A stretch of 64,000 nucleotides of DNA from a virus. Shown in pieces: positions 63,261 to 64,000 of the stretch; the first letter of the stretch is position 1; each line of letters opens with the position of its first letter. The notes under the pieces were generated by a model that made no database searches, was not told the origin of the DNA, and saw only the letters and a list, made by a program, of their open reading frames with translations. Both the position numbers and the translations under genes were made by a program. Location of the stretch: positions 1 to 64,000 of the IMG/VR virus record IMGVR_UViG_3300031576_000014. One strand, written 5' to 3'.

Positions 63261-64000
63261 TCAGAACAGAAAGCTCTGCCGCCCGATGCCCGGCGTGTAC
63301 GGCGTCGGAACGCCCGTCAGGCCGGCGAGGTCCGGGGGCTGCGTCAGGAGCGTGGCCGGGATCAGCGCCGCGAGCCCTATGCTGTCGAGCGCGCCCCCCG
63401 GCGTCGTGGCGGTCGGGGTGGCCGGCGACGCAGCACCCTGGAGCAGGGTCGTCATGATCGCCGCGAGCGTTCCAGGAAAACCCGCGTTGAAGGAAACCGT
63501 GAACGGCATCGCCCACGCCCCCAGGGCGTTCATCACGATCACGAAGTTCGCGATGAGGTTCGAGACCTGCTCGAGCGTGATCGCGTGGCCGGTCGCCCCG
63601 AGCCCGCCCGTCGCGACCGCGAGCGTGCCCTGCGTCAGGAACTGGGAGCCGTCCGCAGCCATCGTCAGCTGCGTCGTCCCCGCAGCCTGGAGGAGGAGCT
63701 GGTTCGACGCGACCTGCACCTGCACCGTCGTGTCGCCGTCCGCGCTCGAAAACCCGACCGCGTCCGCCCCGAGGAAGATGCGCGCGCCGTCCCCGTCGTT
63801 GACCAGGAACTGCCCCTTCTCGTCGAGCGCGATCTGCGAGCCGGTCGCCGCGTTGCGCACGAGGTACGCGTGAGCCGTCTCGAAGACGTACGGCGTGCGC
63901 ACGCGCCGGAAAGCGAACGTGTTCTTCGTCGCGTCCATGCCGGCAACGGTGCGGGGCCAAGCGTCGATCGCGTTCGAGAGCCGCTTGACCACGATCGGCC
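63261..64000 (-). CDS. Putative baseplate spike (gpV-like), 5' end outside window
   Basis: Repetitive beta-strand pattern; upstream of gp25/J genes. Confidence 0.5.
   Translation of the reverse strand, partial: PIVVKRLSNAIDAWPRTVAGMDATKNTFAFRRVRTPYVFETAHAYLVRNAATGSQIALDEKGQFLVNDGDGARIFLGADAVGFSSADGDTTVQVQVASNQLLLQAAGTTQLTMAADGSQFLTQGTLAVATGGLGATGHAITLEQVSNLIANFVIVMNALGAWAMPFTVSFNAGFPGTLAAIMTTLLQGAASPATPTATTPGGALDSIGLAALIPATLLTQPPDLAGLTGVPTPYTPGIGRQSFLF

Noticed and set aside
1-64000. Many long plus-strand and alternate-frame ORFs (e.g. 5346-7628, 39890-42853, 52327-54813)
   Set aside because: Arg/Pro/Ala-rich shadows of real minus-strand genes, expected at high GC, with no motifs.
1-64000. 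tRNA, rRNA, integrase or att sites
   Set aside because: None recognised by eye; tRNAscan-SE and Infernal would be needed to exclude RNA genes.

Overview
GC-rich (roughly 70% by eye) tailed-phage genome segment. It is probably a myovirus (baseplate J and gp25-like genes), and a Myxococcota host is inferred. Almost every gene is on the minus strand; thyX is the only clear plus-strand gene. The window holds a papain-like peptidase, a virion-like protein with 35-aa repeats, terminase large subunit with a LAGLIDADG intein, an RNA ligase, islands of small early-type genes, dTMP kinase, a replication/recombination block (RuvC, SbcCD, adenine MTase, RecA, SSB, PolB, sigma factor, primase, DnaB, SF2 helicase with mini-intein), and lysis-like, baseplate and tail genes. 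The most notable signal is a translationally coupled operon: ParB-like, chorismate mutase, C5-cytosine MTase (Arg in place of the motif X Asn), CmoA-like Cx-SAM synthase, UDG-like. It looks like a self-contained route from chorismate through prephenate and carboxy-SAM to DNA 5-carboxymethylcytosine. Two non-coding systems also stand out. One is nine identical copies of the 20-bp palindrome ACGTAAACCGCGGTTTACGT. The other is three copies of a cassette with a sigma54-type -24/-12 motif and three helically phased TGCTATGACA-N4-TGTCATAGCA boxes. All protein calls come from motif recognition by eye; no database searches were run.
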